Assembly: GCA_014729775.1 (NCBI GenBank)
Contig: WJJJ01000026.1
Coordinates: forward strand, 16,948 to 80,947
Reading direction: 5' to 3'
Source: Candidatus Omnitrophota bacterium
GTDB taxonomy: Bacteria; Omnitrophota; Gorgyraeia; Duberdicusellales; 4484-171
DNA: 64,000 nt
This document shows, in pieces, positions 62,583 to 64,000 of the stretch. Within the stretch, counting starts at the first letter, position 1; each line of letters starts with the position of its first letter. The notes under the pieces are model-generated. The model had not been told where the DNA came from. It searched no databases and saw only the letters and a program-made list of their open reading frames with translations. A program made the position numbers and the translations under genes.

Positions 62583-64000
62583 CGTCCCTCGACCCGGCGC
62601 ACGACCTGAGCGGTATTCACGAATTCCACGCCTTGCTTTTTCCATTGCGCGCACACCCGTTTTTTTTCCTGCGCCGAAAATCCCCGCAGCGCATCGTCCA
62701 CCACCGCGACTTCGAATCCCGCGTTGCACAATCCCTGCACGGCCTCTTTTACCGCGTATTCGGCGGCGACGCCGTACACGTATATTTTGTCCGGGAACAC
62801 CGCCTGCAGGATTTTGACGGTATTAGGATTGCTGAAAATATTCCAGGAATTTTTCTCAATGATGTACTGGGGATACCTGCTTACCAAAGAAGTAATTTCC
62901 TCATCGGAATATTCTTTCCCGGCCGGAAATGTCTTGGCGCAGGACATCGTGGTTTCGGGAATCTTTTTCGCCCCCGCGGTTCCCCTCACGCAATGGGGAG
63001 AGAATTCACGAAATTCAGCCGAGTCCTTGCGGTGAAGTTCGCGCGATGACACTACCGCGATATTGTGGGCCGCCGCCGTCCTGGTAAGCGCTTTGAGATT
63101 CTTCACGATCTTTTCGCATCCTTCGACGCGCAGAGAGCCCGGTTTACGGATAAAATCAAACTGACTGTCGATATCGAAAAAAAGAAGTTTCAGCGCGGTA
63201 CGGGCACTGACCAGTTTACCGGTCCCTGCCGCGCGTGCCGCCAGTTCACCGCTTAACTTCACCGGCACCGGACGGCCTCCCTCGAACCGCAGGGCCGACG
63301 CGGGGAGCTGTCCCGATTTGCGCTGAAGGAACTTTCTCTTTTCTTTCAGGGTCCGCACCACGGCGACTCGTTCCCCTTTACGCATCAGCCGCTTCCATAT
63401 TTTTTTCCCGGCGAGTTTCTTTTCCCCGTCAAGCCCGACGAGATCACTTTCGATTTTTCCGTCCGCTCCGCGGCGGCGGCGGAGCTGCTTAACGCCGGGG
63501 ATCGTCGTATTGCCTTCCTGAAGACTCATCACCGGAGACCAGCGGTGTTTCGGTTTTCCCGACACATTGACCAGCACGTACTTCATGTCGGTGTAGGGCA
63601 GATGTGAACCGCTGCCGATATGCGCCCCGACGCCGAACGCGTCCACCGGGATCCGCTTTTTTATCATTTTAGAAATACGGTGCTCATCCAGATTCCCCGA
63701 AACGAACAGCAGGGTATCGATAAATCCGTCCTGATCAAGCGACCGGCGCAAATAGCGTATTTCATCGTCGGAAGGGTTCTCCGCGCACAGTCCGAGCAGG
63801 TCACACCCTTCTTTTTTCAAAATTCGCGCGACCCGCATCGCGGACTGAATACCCCGGGTGAAATTATAGGTATCAACCATTAAAATCGACCTGGCCGGGT
63901 ACTGGGCGGCGAAAGAAAAAAACGCCAGAGTTTCCCGCTCGAAACTCATCACAAACGACCGGTTCATCGTGCCCACCACTGGTATCCCGAACCGCCGTCC
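62579..64000 (-). CDS. nicotinate phosphoribosyltransferase (C-terminal part) fused to nicotinamidase/isochorismatase domain; 5' end outside window
   Basis: N-terminal region has NAPRTase motifs (GTMNRSFVMSF, MVDTYNF, GVGAHIG). C-terminal region has the PncA triad context (LLFFDIDSQFDF, SPHCVRGTAGA). The ORF stays open to the window edge. Confidence 0.7.
   Translation of the reverse strand, partial: GRRFGIPVVGTMNRSFVMSFERETLAFFSFAAQYPARSILMVDTYNFTRGIQSAMRVARILKKEGCDLLGLCAENPSDDEIRYLRRSLDQDGFIDTLLFVSGNLDEHRISKMIKKRIPVDAFGVGAHIGSGSHLPYTDMKYVLVNVSGKPKHRWSPVMSLQEGNTTIPGVKQLRRRRGADGKIESDLVGLDGEKKLAGKKIWKRLMRKGERVAVVRTLKEKRKFLQRKSGQLPASALRFEGGRPVPVKLSGELAARAAGTGKLVSARTALKLLFFDIDSQFDFIRKPGSLRVEGCEKIVKNLKALTRTAAAHNIAVVSSRELHRKDSAEFREFSPHCVRGTAGAKKIPETTMSCAKTFPAGKEYSDEEITSLVSRYPQYIIEKNSWNIFSNPNTVKILQAVFPDKIYVYGVAAEYAVKEAVQGLCNAGFEVAVVDDALRGFSAQEKKRVCAQWKKQGVEFVNTAQVVRRVEGR

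Overview
This 64 kb window is GC-rich (~60%) bacterial chromosome. Every credible gene (about 72 CDS) lies on the minus strand. The plus-strand ORFs in the track look like antisense shadows of those genes. I found no rRNA, tRNA, CRISPR array or mobile element by eye.

Most of the window is housekeeping genes in tight, often overlapping operons:
- guaB-like fragment, FAD oxidoreductase, folD, fchA-like, yraN, rnhB, rplS, trmD, tgt
- a PtsN-like EIIA and a UspA
- a complete V/A-type ATPase operon (G/H-like, C, I, K, F, E, A, B, D)
- a TrkA-C membrane protein, a class A beta-lactamase-like hydrolase and an SNF sodium symporter
- gcvT-H-PA-PB, cobB, pgeF, yggU, rmuC, coaC, ruvB, scpA
- infB, nusA, rimP, proS, ispG, rseP, dxr, cdsA, uppS
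- an OmpA-like protein, yjbQ, an FAH-family protein, aroA, rluD, lspA, a dksA-like gene, ileS, a PfkB kinase, mtnP, proC and a TPR protein
- a pncB-pncA fusion that runs off the 3' end of the window

The accessory-looking part is a roughly 10 kb cluster at 18974-28988 for a type IV pilus or type II secretion-like machine, with these features:
- A small HTH protein overlaps the start of a PilM-PilN fusion (GspL-like). PilO/GspM-like, PilP/GspC-like, secretin, ATPase, platform protein and six prepilin-type genes follow.
- Two of the pilins are ~80% nucleotide-identical paralogues with acidic DxDxDG tails.
- The cluster sits behind the only strongly AT-rich intergenic region in the window. That region carries a C9/G9 homopolymer between inverted TATATAGG-type repeats, which makes it a phase-variation candidate.

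Other oddities:
- an orphan CpaF/TadA-family ATPase inside the ispG-proS-nusA-infB operon
- a PncB-PncA fusion
- a polypurine leader in front of the V-ATPase proteolipid gene
- a clear intrinsic terminator in front of uppS
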